From contig CAZAXA010000001.1 of NCBI GenBank assembly GCA_964488965.1, forward strand, positions 1-62,830: a stretch of DNA of 62,830 bases, read 5' to 3'. The notes beneath the pieces are model-generated. The model was given only the letters and a program-made list of their open reading frames with translations, was not told the DNA's origin and did not search any database. Position numbers and translations under genes: made by a program. This document shows, in pieces, positions 8,912 through 17,759 of this stretch (positions are counted from its first letter, which is position 1; every line of letters begins with the position of its first letter). Source of the stretch: an uncultured Phaeodactylibacter sp. Its GTDB lineage: Bacteria > Bacteroidota > Bacteroidia > Chitinophagales > Saprospiraceae.

Positions 8912-9511
8912 TCAGGAATTGGAAGAGACCAGTTTAACTTCCAGGTCGAACTCATCGTAGATGGTCTTGTCGCCCAGGTTGTCGAAGAAACTGCCGGAGC
9001 CGAAGCGCACGTTGAAATCAGAACGGTCCACTTTAATATCGGCAGCAGCAGTCTTCACGCCATTTTCATCAGTGACTTTGGCAAAGAACTTGATCTGCCT
9101 GGTGATTCCCTTGATGGTAAGGTCGCCGACGATCTTGTAATCGCCCGGAGTGCCGCGGGAAACGGACTGGGTGATGACAAACCTGGCGGTGGGGTGCTTG
9201 TCCACGCCAAAAAAGTCGTCAGACTTGAGGTGGTTAACCAGCTTCTGGCTCCACTCGCCTTCCAGGTCGGTACAGGTGATGGAGGCCATATCGATCTCAA
9301 AGGAGCCGCCGGCCAGCTTGTCGCCGTCAAAATCCAGTTTGCCTGACTTCAGTTTGATCGTTCCGGTGTGAGAACCGGTCACTTTGTATCCCTTCCAGAC
9401 GATGTCACTCTTCTCGACATTGACAGGGTTGCTTGCAACAGGGCCCGTGAAGCTCATGGCAACCAGCGCAAGAGCGGCAAAAAGGGCGGTAAAGACTGAT
9501 ACTTTCTTCAT
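8912..9511 (-). CDS. YceI-family periplasmic polyisoprenoid-binding-like protein
   Basis: I moved the start to ATG 9511 (MKKVSVFTALFAALALVAMS signal peptide). YceI-like pattern: VWKGYKVTGSHTGTIKLKSGKL...FFGVDKHPTARF...GDLTIKGITR. Confidence 0.85.
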   Translation of the reverse strand: MKKVSVFTALFAALALVAMSFTGPVASNPVNVEKSDIVWKGYKVTGSHTGTIKLKSGKLDFDGDKLAGGSFEIDMASITCTDLEGEWSQKLVNHLKSDDFFGVDKHPTARFVITQSVSRGTPGDYKIVGDLTIKGITRQIKFFAKVTDENGVKTAAADIKVDRSDFNVRFGSGSFFDNLGDKTIYDEFDLEVKLVSSNS

Positions 9512-9579
9512 GGTTAAAATGGTTTTTATTGATGACGAATTTTCAAACATCCCAACTATAATAAAGTTTGTACAATTAT

Positions 9580-9590
9580 TGTATATACAT
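9580..9590. promoter_or_regulatory. Palindromic box TGTATATACAT, a candidate MarR operator between marR-like and yceI-like genes
   Basis: The core TGTATATACA is self-complementary. The same 11-mer recurs at 10093..10103, upstream of the MarR gene. Confidence 0.4.
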
Positions 9591-9623
9591 TGATTTTTTC
9601 AAAAAAAACGGCTATACTGCCGT

Positions 9624-10076
9624 TCAATCCCTCAGTTTATCCAGCAGGCAGTTCAACTGCTCTGCATCTTCCTCACTCAGGTTGTCCATCTGCCGGTGCA
9701 GGCCATCTTCTATAACGCGGGAGATGCCTTCCAGCGCTTTCAGGCCATGGTCGGTGATCCTGATATCCACCCGCCGCCGGTCAGACGGGCAAGCTGTGCG
9801 TTCTACATAGCCTTTCAGCTTCAGCTTTTCCACCAGGCGGGAAGCATTGGACATTTTGTCGATCATCCGCTCAGTAAGCAGCTTGACCGTAGCCGGCTCG
9901 GGGTACATTCCCCGTAGTATGCGCAGGATATTAAACTGCTGCCAGGATATTTTATAGGGCTTCAGCAAACGTGCCGAATGCTGGCTGAGCCAGGACGCTG
10001 TGAACAGCACGTTGATGTGCGCTTTGTGATGCACACTTCTGAACTTCTTCTGTTTTATTTCTTCTTCAATTCTCAT
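9624..10076 (-). CDS. MarR-family transcriptional regulator
   Basis: I moved the start to ATG 10076 (MRIEEEIKQKKF...). It has a winged-helix MarR pattern (SWQQFNILRILRGMYPEPATVKLLTERMIDKMSNASRLVEKLKLKGYVERTACPSDRRRVDIRITDHG). Confidence 0.85.
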   Translation of the reverse strand: MRIEEEIKQKKFRSVHHKAHINVLFTASWLSQHSARLLKPYKISWQQFNILRILRGMYPEPATVKLLTERMIDKMSNASRLVEKLKLKGYVERTACPSDRRRVDIRITDHGLKALEGISRVIEDGLHRQMDNLSEEDAEQLNCLLDKLRD

Positions 10077-10091
10077 TGCCGGGACAAATAT

Positions 10092-10103
10092 ATGTATATA
10101 CAT
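10092..10103. promoter_or_regulatory. Perfect 12-bp palindrome ATGTATATACAT, 16 nt upstream of the MarR start (candidate autoregulatory operator)
   Basis: It is self-complementary as read directly from the sequence. It shares an 11-mer with the 9580..9590 site. Confidence 0.4.
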
Positions 10104-10292
10104 TTAAAGTTACAACATCAATCTCTTTTTTCCTCTCTGCCCTGCTACTGTTCTCCTGCACAAAAATAAACGCTTTGCCGGTAATCCATAAGCGGAGGGA
10201 CTACAGAAACCGGCAGAACCTGTCAAATATTTAATAAATGCTGTAGTTTTGCAGGCTGAATACCGCCCAGCCAATTCAAAAAAATTCTCGCA

Positions 10293-11099
10293 ATGAAAAT
10301 CCTGATCATCGGTGGAGGAAATATGGGCATGACTTACGCCCAGAGTTTTCTGCGTTCCCACATCACCAGCAAGGAGGACATGATGATCCTCGAGCGGTCG
10401 GCAGATAAGGCCGGGGAACTGGCAAAAAGAGATATCGGCACCATTTACAGCCGGCCGGAAGACTGCCTGGCGCAGGCCGACCTGGTCATATTTGCCGTCA
10501 AGCCCCAGGATGCGCCGGCCTTATTTCGAAGCCTCAAAGCATTGATCGACCCGCAGCAGGCCTTCCTGTCCATCATGGCAGGGGTCAGGATACGGTCCAT
10601 CTGTGATGCGCTGGGCGTGACGAAGGTCATCCGCGCCATGCCCAACCTGCCCGCTCAGATCGGGATGGGCATGACGGCTTTTACTTCTTCGGACGAGGTT
10701 ACCCGCATCGAGCTGGTCATGGTGCAGAACCTGCTCAACACCACAGGCAAGACCATTTATGTAGAGAAGGAGGAGGCCATTGACGCTGCCACGGCCATCA
10801 GCGGCAGCGGCCCTGCCTACGTATGGTTTTTCATGAAATCGCTCATGGACGCCGCCCGGAATATGGGGTTCAACTATTCCGAATCGGAATTGCTGGTCAG
10901 CCAGACCTTCCGGGGCGCCATTGAGCTGTTCAGCAAGGCGGATCTCACCTGTGAGGAGTGGATCGACAAAGTGTGTTCGCGGGGCGGGACCACCGAAGCG
11001 GCCCTGGCCACCTACAACCGCAACCTGGTGCGGGATGATATTATCGCCGGAGCGGATGCCGCGCTGAGGCGGGCCGTTGAGTTGGGGCGGGGGGAGTGA
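10293..11099 (+). CDS. proC: Pyrroline-5-carboxylate reductase
   Basis: 268 aa. It has an N-terminal Rossmann motif (MKILIIGGGNMG) and a P5CR C-terminal dimerisation signature (SGSGPAYVWFFMKSLMDAA ... SRGGTTEAAL). Confidence 0.9.
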   Translation: MKILIIGGGNMGMTYAQSFLRSHITSKEDMMILERSADKAGELAKRDIGTIYSRPEDCLAQADLVIFAVKPQDAPALFRSLKALIDPQQAFLSIMAGVRIRSICDALGVTKVIRAMPNLPAQIGMGMTAFTSSDEVTRIELVMVQNLLNTTGKTIYVEKEEAIDAATAISGSGPAYVWFFMKSLMDAARNMGFNYSESELLVSQTFRGAIELFSKADLTCEEWIDKVCSRGGTTEAALATYNRNLVRDDIIAGADAALRRAVELGRGE

Positions 11100-11169
11100 T
11101 AGCGCGCAATTGCTCCATGTTATCCCAAAAAAACGTATATTGAACCACATCACGGAAAGGCCGTCATAA

Positions 11170-12852
11170 ATGGATAAAGCGCAACTCATATCGGAAGTAA
11201 AGGAACTTCTGGCCAATGCCGAGACGGAGAAGGCCCTCGGCCGGATGGCGGAATTCCTGCAAAACAGCCCGGAGTACCGGCAGTTGTACAACCTTGCCCT
11301 GCAGGCGCGGGCGCAGTTCCGGAAAACCCAGCGGGATGAGCTTCAGGGCCTGGCTTCCGCCGAGCAAAGCAAGCTGAACTACAACCAGGTGACCCGGCAG
11401 GCCTTCCAGATCGCCGAATGGCTGGAAGAAGGGAACCTGCGGCCTGAGGCAGGTTTTGCAGAGGGCAGCCCCCGGCGGTGGCCGCTGGTTGCAGGCATTA
11501 TCGCCCTGCTGCTGATCCTGGGGAGCGGGGGGTATTGGTGGTACCGGTCGCAGCAAGGAAATGCCGAAGAACCCGGGGGAGGTGAAGAACCTCAGCAAAC
11601 CTCCTGCCCTCCGGAAGTGGAGTTCGACCCTGCTTCGGATTTCAATATTCTGGTCATGCCATTTCGAGGCTCGAAAGGGGCGGAACTGCCGCCCCATATC
11701 GCCATTGTCTTTCGCCTGGATGAACTGAAAAATGAATACCGGATTCCCTGCAGCATAAAGGACTTTCCTGTTGATAATCCCGGAAGCGAAATTGCTACCA
11801 CGGAGGACGCGGACAGAAGGGCCAGGGATTGCAAAGCTGAACTTATAATCTGGGGTATTGCCGAGAAGGTTTCCGGCAATACCATCATCTATACCCGTTA
11901 TAAATTTGTCAGCCGTGGAGACCAGTTGCCATTGTACAAGCTTAAAATGACGGAAAATTCCGGGCTGGATACAGTAACCACCATCTCCAGCATCGCCACC
12001 GCCGGTATCCTTACCGAAGGGATTGAGGAGAGTATCAAACTGCTCTTCGGCCTTATCGCCCACGAAAATGAAAACCTGCCGGTGGCTATCGAGATGCTGG
12101 AAAAGTATGAAACGCAGGACTCTGCCGCTACCCTCGTGAAAGGTATGGTACTTGCCCAGGACTACCTGGCCAGCGGCCAGTCGCAGAAAGCCTGGGAATC
12201 CTACAACCAGGTGCTGGACCAGCACCCCAACTACGCCCTGGCCCGCAACAACAGGGGGATGCTCAACTTCCAGAAAGGCAATTATTTAGAAGCCGCCGAA
12301 GACCTCAGCGTGGCCCTGGAAACGGCGCCGGATACCAGCAAGGCGGACATTCTGGAGCTTCGGGGCGCCGCCTACCTCAAGGCCGACCAGTTGGACAAAG
12401 CCAAGGCCGACCTGAAGGATGCCCGGGAATTGCGGCAGCCTGATAAAGGCGTCGATAAAAAAGATGCCCTTGACAGGAAGATCAAAGAGATAGACAGAAA
12501 AATTGAGGCAGAAAAAAGCACCAAGGCATCGGCTGAAGCCAAACTGCGGCTCGACCCCAACAACCTGACGGCACTGAGCCAGAAAGCGGTGTCAAGCCAA
12601 AGGCTGGGCGACTACCAGCAGGCAATCGAGGCCAGCCGGGCCATCCTGCGGAAAGACCCCCGCAATATTGACGCCTACGTAAAGATCATCCAGGCCTACC
12701 GCAGCGCCGGCGATGCCGAACAGATCGAAAAGGCCATCCGGCAGGCCGAAGCTGCCGGCATTTCCAGGGACCGGCTTAACCAATTGACGCCCTTCGACCT
12801 GAACCGGCTGCCTTTGCGGCCCGCCGGCAGTATTCAACTGAAAAAAAACTGA
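11170..12852 (+). CDS. Membrane-anchored TPR protein with an N-terminal helical adaptor-like module
   Basis: 560 aa. Residues 1-90 form a helical module related to the N-terminus of 58395..59789. A TM helix follows (WPLVAGIIALLLILGSGGYWWY). Next is a domain starting FNILVMPFRG... The C-terminal part contains TPR-like repeats (e.g. YALARNNRGMLNFQKGNYLEAAEDLSVAL). Confidence 0.75.
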   Translation: MDKAQLISEVKELLANAETEKALGRMAEFLQNSPEYRQLYNLALQARAQFRKTQRDELQGLASAEQSKLNYNQVTRQAFQIAEWLEEGNLRPEAGFAEGSPRRWPLVAGIIALLLILGSGGYWWYRSQQGNAEEPGGGEEPQQTSCPPEVEFDPASDFNILVMPFRGSKGAELPPHIAIVFRLDELKNEYRIPCSIKDFPVDNPGSEIATTEDADRRARDCKAELIIWGIAEKVSGNTIIYTRYKFVSRGDQLPLYKLKMTENSGLDTVTTISSIATAGILTEGIEESIKLLFGLIAHENENLPVAIEMLEKYETQDSAATLVKGMVLAQDYLASGQSQKAWESYNQVLDQHPNYALARNNRGMLNFQKGNYLEAAEDLSVALETAPDTSKADILELRGAAYLKADQLDKAKADLKDARELRQPDKGVDKKDALDRKIKEIDRKIEAEKSTKASAEAKLRLDPNNLTALSQKAVSSQRLGDYQQAIEASRAILRKDPRNIDAYVKIIQAYRSAGDAEQIEKAIRQAEAAGISRDRLNQLTPFDLNRLPLRPAGSIQLKKN

Positions 12853-12856
12853 AACC

Positions 12857-12895
12857 CTGGCCATGAAGGCCAGAAGGCGCCAGGCGATTCCTGGC
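12857..12895 (+). terminator. Two adjacent GC-rich hairpins downstream of the TPR gene (possible terminator, no U-tract)
   Basis: CTGGCC-atgaa-GGCCAG (12857..12873) and GCCAGG-cgatt-CCTGGC (12879..12895). The arms can also pair crosswise. Confidence 0.3.
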
Positions 12896-13006
12896 CGGCC
12901 GTTAAAAAAGTATCCTTATCTACCATCAAATCCGGAAAATTTGTAACTTTCAGGGCGATACTTTAATTTTTTTGCTGACACCCTGTCCGCTCCAAGCCCT
13001 GAAATT

Positions 13007-14347
13007 ATGCCCGAACACCTCCTCCTGCCCCTGCTCACCCTGCTTATCGGCCTGCTGCTCGGCGGCCTGCTGGGGTGGTTGCTGAGCAAGCTCCGCCAGC
13101 AAAGCGGCCTCCTTTCCAAAACAGAAGTAGAAGAAAAGTACGTGCACAAAGCCCTGTACGATCAGCTTCAGGAACAAGCGGACATCCGGCTCGGCGACCT
13201 GCACGAGAAGGAGGAGGAACTCCGCATTCTCGGCGCCCGGCTGGCGGGCCAGGAGCAGATCATCCGGAATATGGAGGACAGGCTCGATTCGCAGAAGCTG
13301 GAGATGGAAACCCTGCAGGAGCGCGCCCGCGCCGAGTTCGAGAACCTGGCCAACCGCCTCCTGGAAGAAAAAAGCCGGAAATTCTCCCTCCAGAACCAGG
13401 AACAGCTGCATAACATCCTGGCGCCCCTGCGCGAAAAAATCCAGGCCTTTGAAGAAGGAGTGGAAAAACGCTTTGTCGAAGAAACCAGGGACCGCGTCAG
13501 CCTCAAAAAGGAGATCGAGCACCTGCGTGAACTCAACCAGCAGCTCAGCGCCGAGGCCAACAACCTCGCCAGCGCCCTGAAGGGAGATAATAAAACCCAG
13601 GGAGACTGGGGAGAAATCCAACTGGAGCTGCTGCTGGAAAGGGCGGGCCTGAAAAAAGGCATCCACTATGAAGCCCAGCCCAGCTTTTCCGACAACGGCC
13701 AGCAAAAGCGCCCCGACTTCGTCATCAACCTGCCCGAGGGCAAGCACCTCATCATCGACTCCAAAGTATCGCTTACTGCCTACGAACGCTTCTACCGGGC
13801 CGAAAATGAAAAAGAACGGCAACAACACCTCAGGGCCCATGTAGAGAGCATCCGCCAGCACATCCGCAGCCTCAGCGGCAAAAATTACCAGCAGCTGTAT
13901 CACATCAACTCCCCCGATTACTTACTGCTCTTCATTCCCATCGAACCGGCTTTTGCCCTGGCCGTACAGCAGGACGAGCGGCTCTTCCTCGACGCCCTGG
14001 GGCAGAATATCGTCATCGTGTCCACCTCTACCCTGCTGGCCACCATGCGGACGGTATCCTACATCTGGAAACAGGAAAAGCAAAAACGCAGCGTACTGGA
14101 AATTGCCCGCCAAAGCGGCATGCTCTACGACAAATTCGTCAGCTTCGTGGAAGACCTGAAAGGCATCGGCCAACGCCTGGAGCAGGCCCAGGGCGCTTAC
14201 AATGACGCCATGAACAAGCTGGTGGATTCCAAAAAGTTCGGCGACACGCTGGTCGGGCGGGCAGAGCGCATCCGCGAACTGGGCGCACGGGCGTCTAAAA
14301 GCCTGCCGGAAGGTTTGGTGGAAACGGCACGGGAGGAGGAGGAGTAG
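13007..14347 (+). CDS. rmuC: DNA recombination protein RmuC
   Basis: 446 aa. It has an N-terminal TM helix, a long coiled coil, and an RmuC nuclease-like core (RPDFVINLPEGKHLIIDSKVSLTAYERF ... DYLLLFIPIEPAF). Confidence 0.9.
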   Translation: MPEHLLLPLLTLLIGLLLGGLLGWLLSKLRQQSGLLSKTEVEEKYVHKALYDQLQEQADIRLGDLHEKEEELRILGARLAGQEQIIRNMEDRLDSQKLEMETLQERARAEFENLANRLLEEKSRKFSLQNQEQLHNILAPLREKIQAFEEGVEKRFVEETRDRVSLKKEIEHLRELNQQLSAEANNLASALKGDNKTQGDWGEIQLELLLERAGLKKGIHYEAQPSFSDNGQQKRPDFVINLPEGKHLIIDSKVSLTAYERFYRAENEKERQQHLRAHVESIRQHIRSLSGKNYQQLYHINSPDYLLLFIPIEPAFALAVQQDERLFLDALGQNIVIVSTSTLLATMRTVSYIWKQEKQKRSVLEIARQSGMLYDKFVSFVEDLKGIGQRLEQAQGAYNDAMNKLVDSKKFGDTLVGRAERIRELGARASKSLPEGLVETAREEEE

Positions 14348-14441
14348 GTATGGATGCCAATCAATTTTTGATTTTTAGCTTTCTTTGAAGGGCTGCCGAT
14401 CAGGTGCAGCCCGCAGCGGGCAAAGCCCAAATCCTGGATCC

Positions 14442-14936
14442 CTACTTCCACTGATACTGCACCATGGCCCGGAAAGCGATCGACTTGGCGTCGTCCTTCG
14501 CCGCGCCCTGAATGGCCAGGTCCACCTGATTGAAAGAGATGAGGAAGGTAGGCGGGTAGACGTTGCGCTCTCCCGGAAAGAAGGCCATGGGGTAGCCGGA
14601 GACGGCCTCCATCTCGTACTCGGCGCCCATAAAGCGCTGCTGCCACTTGCCGGCCAGGGCGCTGAACTGTACGGGGTCTTTACGGATGTTGCTCTGAAGG
14701 ATAAGGATCGCCAGTTCATCCCCGACGGCGCGGCCGGGCATCAAAAAGGTGCAGGCGGAGCGTTCGCCTGCATTGACATTGACAGGCGTGGGGTTCTCCA
14801 CCGGCTCCCGCAGGATATCTTTCAACTGGTTCAGGGTCAGCAGTTCACAGGCAGCAGGGATGGTAATGCCCTGCTGTTCTCCTGTCCCACAGGCGGTAAG
14901 CAAAACAAGGATCAGGAGGAAGCTGAAGTATTTCAT
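14442..14936 (-). CDS. Hypothetical lipoprotein
   Basis: 164 aa with an ATG start. Lipobox: MKYFSFLLILVLLTAC-G. It occupies the region covered by the spurious 5' extension of the + strand ORF 14385..16490. Confidence 0.6.
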   Translation of the reverse strand: MKYFSFLLILVLLTACGTGEQQGITIPAACELLTLNQLKDILREPVENPTPVNVNAGERSACTFLMPGRAVGDELAILILQSNIRKDPVQFSALAGKWQQRFMGAEYEMEAVSGYPMAFFPGERNVYPPTFLISFNQVDLAIQGAAKDDAKSIAFRAMVQYQWK

Positions 14937-15056
14937 GGCGGCAACTTTTTGGCGAAGATAAACACTCCCCTCCTCTTTTTCTCAAGTATTGGGCCGCCCG
15001 ATCAATTTGCCACCCGGGGATTTTTCCTAAATTTACGCCTCAAAAAAAATATTCCC

Positions 15057-16490
15057 ATGAAGATTTTCTCCATCCTTGCCCTCATTGCCGCGCTGGGCTA
15101 CGCCTGCACTTCCTCAACTGGCGGGCAGCCAGGGGGCGCGGCGCTTGAATCTCCCGACATCCAGATACAAATCCAGGGCGCCCCGGCCGGCACGGCCTAC
15201 CTGATCGGCAACTTTGCCGACCAGAACTACCGTGCCGACTCCACACAGATCGACGCTGCCGGCAATTTCCGCTTCCAGCGGGATGAACCTTACAAACCTG
15301 GCCTGTACTACGTTTTCTACACCAACCAGGCCGCTATTCAGATGATGGCCGACGCCGACCAGACCTTCAGCATGAAGGCCAGCATGGCAGACCCGGTAGG
15401 CAGCATGCAGGTGGAAGGCAGCCTCGATAACGAACTGCTCTACAAAAACCTGCAGTTCGAAGGCGCCGTACAACCCAAATTCCAGGAGGTGTCCATGAAG
15501 ATGCAGGGCCTGCCCCAGGGCAGCCCGCAGTACCAGCAGCTTAAGGCCGAACAGGACGCCCTCATCGCCCAGCGCAGAACCCACCTGAAAGAGATTTTCG
15601 ACGGCTACCCCAACGCCCTGTTCACCAAATTCAAAAACGCCGGCCAAAACCCGGAAGTCCGCGACGTCCGCAAGCCCGACGGCACGGCCGACACCAGCGC
15701 CCAGATATACTTTTACCGTACCGGCTTCTGGGATAATGTCGATTTCAGCGACGAACGGCTGCTGTACACCCCGGTTATCTTCAACAAGCTCAAACGATAT
15801 ATTACGGAGCTTACCGTACAGCATCCCGATTCCATCAACAAGGCCGCCAGCTTCCTGGTCGACAAGGTGCTCAACCATCGGGAGTACTTCAAGTTCTTTG
15901 CCAACTGGATCGTCCTGCAATACGAACCCACCAAGACCACCCTTATGGACCCAGAGGCCGTTTTCGTCCACATGGTGCAGAACTACTTTACCTACGATCG
16001 CGCCTTCTGGTCAGATTCCGCCGAGATTTATGCCATCCAGCTGCGCGCCACCGAGATGGCCGGCAGCCTGGCCGGCCAGCCCGGCCCCGATGTAAAGGCT
16101 CAGGGCCCCGATGGGAAGATGCACGCCATCTCCGATATCAAGGCGCCCTACGTGGTGGTCTATATGTTCAACCCGGATTGCGAGCATTGCCAGGAGGAAA
16201 GCCCGAAACTGGTGCAGTTCTACCGCGAATGGAAAAGCAAGGGCGTGGAAGTCTTCGGCATCGGGGTCGACACCGAAGTGGAGGAATGGAAAGCCTACCT
16301 GAAAAAGACGGGAATGGACGTGTGGCCCAACGTCTTCGACCCCACCAACAAGGCCATCTACGGCAAATACTTCGTGAACATCACCCCGGAAATCTACGTA
16401 CTCAATCCCGAGCGCACCATCATCGCCAAGAACCTGAAAGTGAACCAGATCGCCGAGGTGATCGAGAGGGACAGGCGGAGGGCTCGCTGA
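15057..16490 (+). CDS. Thioredoxin-fold lipoprotein (TlpA/AhpC-TSA-like thiol-disulfide oxidoreductase) with an N-terminal accessory domain
   Basis: I trimmed the start to ATG 15057 (MKIFSILALIAALGYAC lipobox). The C-terminal thioredoxin fold has a CxxC motif (VVVYMFNPDCEHCQEESPKL). Confidence 0.8.
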   Translation: MKIFSILALIAALGYACTSSTGGQPGGAALESPDIQIQIQGAPAGTAYLIGNFADQNYRADSTQIDAAGNFRFQRDEPYKPGLYYVFYTNQAAIQMMADADQTFSMKASMADPVGSMQVEGSLDNELLYKNLQFEGAVQPKFQEVSMKMQGLPQGSPQYQQLKAEQDALIAQRRTHLKEIFDGYPNALFTKFKNAGQNPEVRDVRKPDGTADTSAQIYFYRTGFWDNVDFSDERLLYTPVIFNKLKRYITELTVQHPDSINKAASFLVDKVLNHREYFKFFANWIVLQYEPTKTTLMDPEAVFVHMVQNYFTYDRAFWSDSAEIYAIQLRATEMAGSLAGQPGPDVKAQGPDGKMHAISDIKAPYVVVYMFNPDCEHCQEESPKLVQFYREWKSKGVEVFGIGVDTEVEEWKAYLKKTGMDVWPNVFDPTNKAIYGKYFVNITPEIYVLNPERTIIAKNLKVNQIAEVIERDRRRAR

Positions 16491-16636
16491 CCGTCTCCTT
16501 CGGAGCGTATCCCCTCAAAATGGAGTGGTGGAATGTTGGAGTACTGGAGCGAAAATGCCAAGGAAAAAACAAGCGAGATGAAAATTTGCCATATATTAGA
16601 TGCTGTTAATGCTGAAAACCTGAAAATCATTTTCCT

Positions 16637-17311
16637 ATGACTAACATCGCCAGAACCTTCTTCCTCTTTCTGTTATGTGCCGCCCTTCTGTCCTCTTCCT
16701 GCAATACCAGCCGTACTGTCAAAGGCGCGGTTATCGGCGGCACTGCCGGCGGCGTAGCCGGCGGCGCCATCGGCAAAAAATCGGGAAATACCGCAGCAGG
16801 TATTATCATCGGGTCGGCCATCGGCGGCACAGCCGGCGCCCTGATCGGCAATTATATGGATAAACAGGCCAGGGAGATCGAACGCGATATGGAGGGCGCC
16901 ACCGTGAAGCGGGTCGGCGAAGGCATCCTCATCACTTTCGACTCCGGGCTGATGTTCGACGTCAACTCCTATCAGTTGCGCCCGGCGACGAAAAGCAACC
17001 TGGAGGAACTGTCCCGCATCCTGCAAAAATATGAGGACACCAATATCCTCATCGAAGGCCATACCGACAGCAGCGGATCTGAAGAACTCAACCAGGATTT
17101 GTCTGAAAAGCGGGCCGGCGCCGTCTATGCCTATCTGGTACAGCAGGGATTGGTGGCCAGCCGCTTCAGCACGGTCGGCTACGGCGAGATGCAGCCTATA
17201 GCTACCAATGAGACACCCGCCGGCCGCCAGCAGAACCGCCGGGTGGAGGTCGCCATCTATGCGAACAAGAAATTGCAAAAGGCTGCGAAAAGAGGAGATA
17301 TCGGAGGATAG
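16637..17311 (+). CDS. OmpA-family peptidoglycan-binding lipoprotein with a glycine-zipper N-terminal segment
   Basis: The glycine zipper is GAVIGGTAGGVAGGAIG...GSAIGGTAGALIG. The OmpA_C signature is FDVNSYQLRP...IEGHTDSSGSEELNQDLSEKRAGAV...NRRVEV. Confidence 0.9.
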   Translation: MTNIARTFFLFLLCAALLSSSCNTSRTVKGAVIGGTAGGVAGGAIGKKSGNTAAGIIIGSAIGGTAGALIGNYMDKQAREIERDMEGATVKRVGEGILITFDSGLMFDVNSYQLRPATKSNLEELSRILQKYEDTNILIEGHTDSSGSEELNQDLSEKRAGAVYAYLVQQGLVASRFSTVGYGEMQPIATNETPAGRQQNRRVEVAIYANKKLQKAAKRGDIGG

Positions 17312-17318
17312 GCCAACC

Positions 17319-17702
17319 TTACTGCTTCACCTTCAGCATATCCTTACTCACCGACTCCACATCCAATACTATCTCCGGAGCGCCGTCGGCTTTGCGGGTG
17401 ATGACGAGTCTGTTGCCTTCCCCCCAGGCCCAGCTCGCTTCCTCATTGGTGACGCCATCCGCCGGGGCAATGCCGTGATAAATGCATTGGCCTCCTTCCA
17501 TTAGCTCAAAACCTTCTCTGCTGAAGGCCGGCGGAAATTCGTAGGCGGCCGGGCGGAAGACTTTCAGGTTCTGCGTATCTTCTTCGTAGGAATGGGACCA
17601 GGAGCCGATCAGCTCGGCCGGATAGGTTCCCTTGTTCTGCTTGTCCTGGCAGCCGGCCAGTATAGCGCACGGGATAAGGATGGCGAATAGGATCTTTCTC
17701 AT
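17319..17702 (-). CDS. Hypothetical lipoprotein
   Basis: 127 aa with an ATG start. Lipobox: ILIPCAILAGC-Q. Confidence 0.55.
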   Translation of the reverse strand: MRKILFAILIPCAILAGCQDKQNKGTYPAELIGSWSHSYEEDTQNLKVFRPAAYEFPPAFSREGFELMEGGQCIYHGIAPADGVTNEEASWAWGEGNRLVITRKADGAPEIVLDVESVSKDMLKVKQ

Positions 17703-17759
17703 AATTGAAAGAATAAGTATGTGAATAACTACGCTAAGTGTGGCATTTCCAGGAAAGTT

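Noticed and set aside
14385-15056. 224-codon 5' extension of the thioredoxin-fold ORF (track start 14385)
   Set aside because: The extension is antisense to a well-formed lipoprotein gene (14442..14936). The internal ATG at 15057 is followed by a lipoprotein signal peptide, so it is the credible start.
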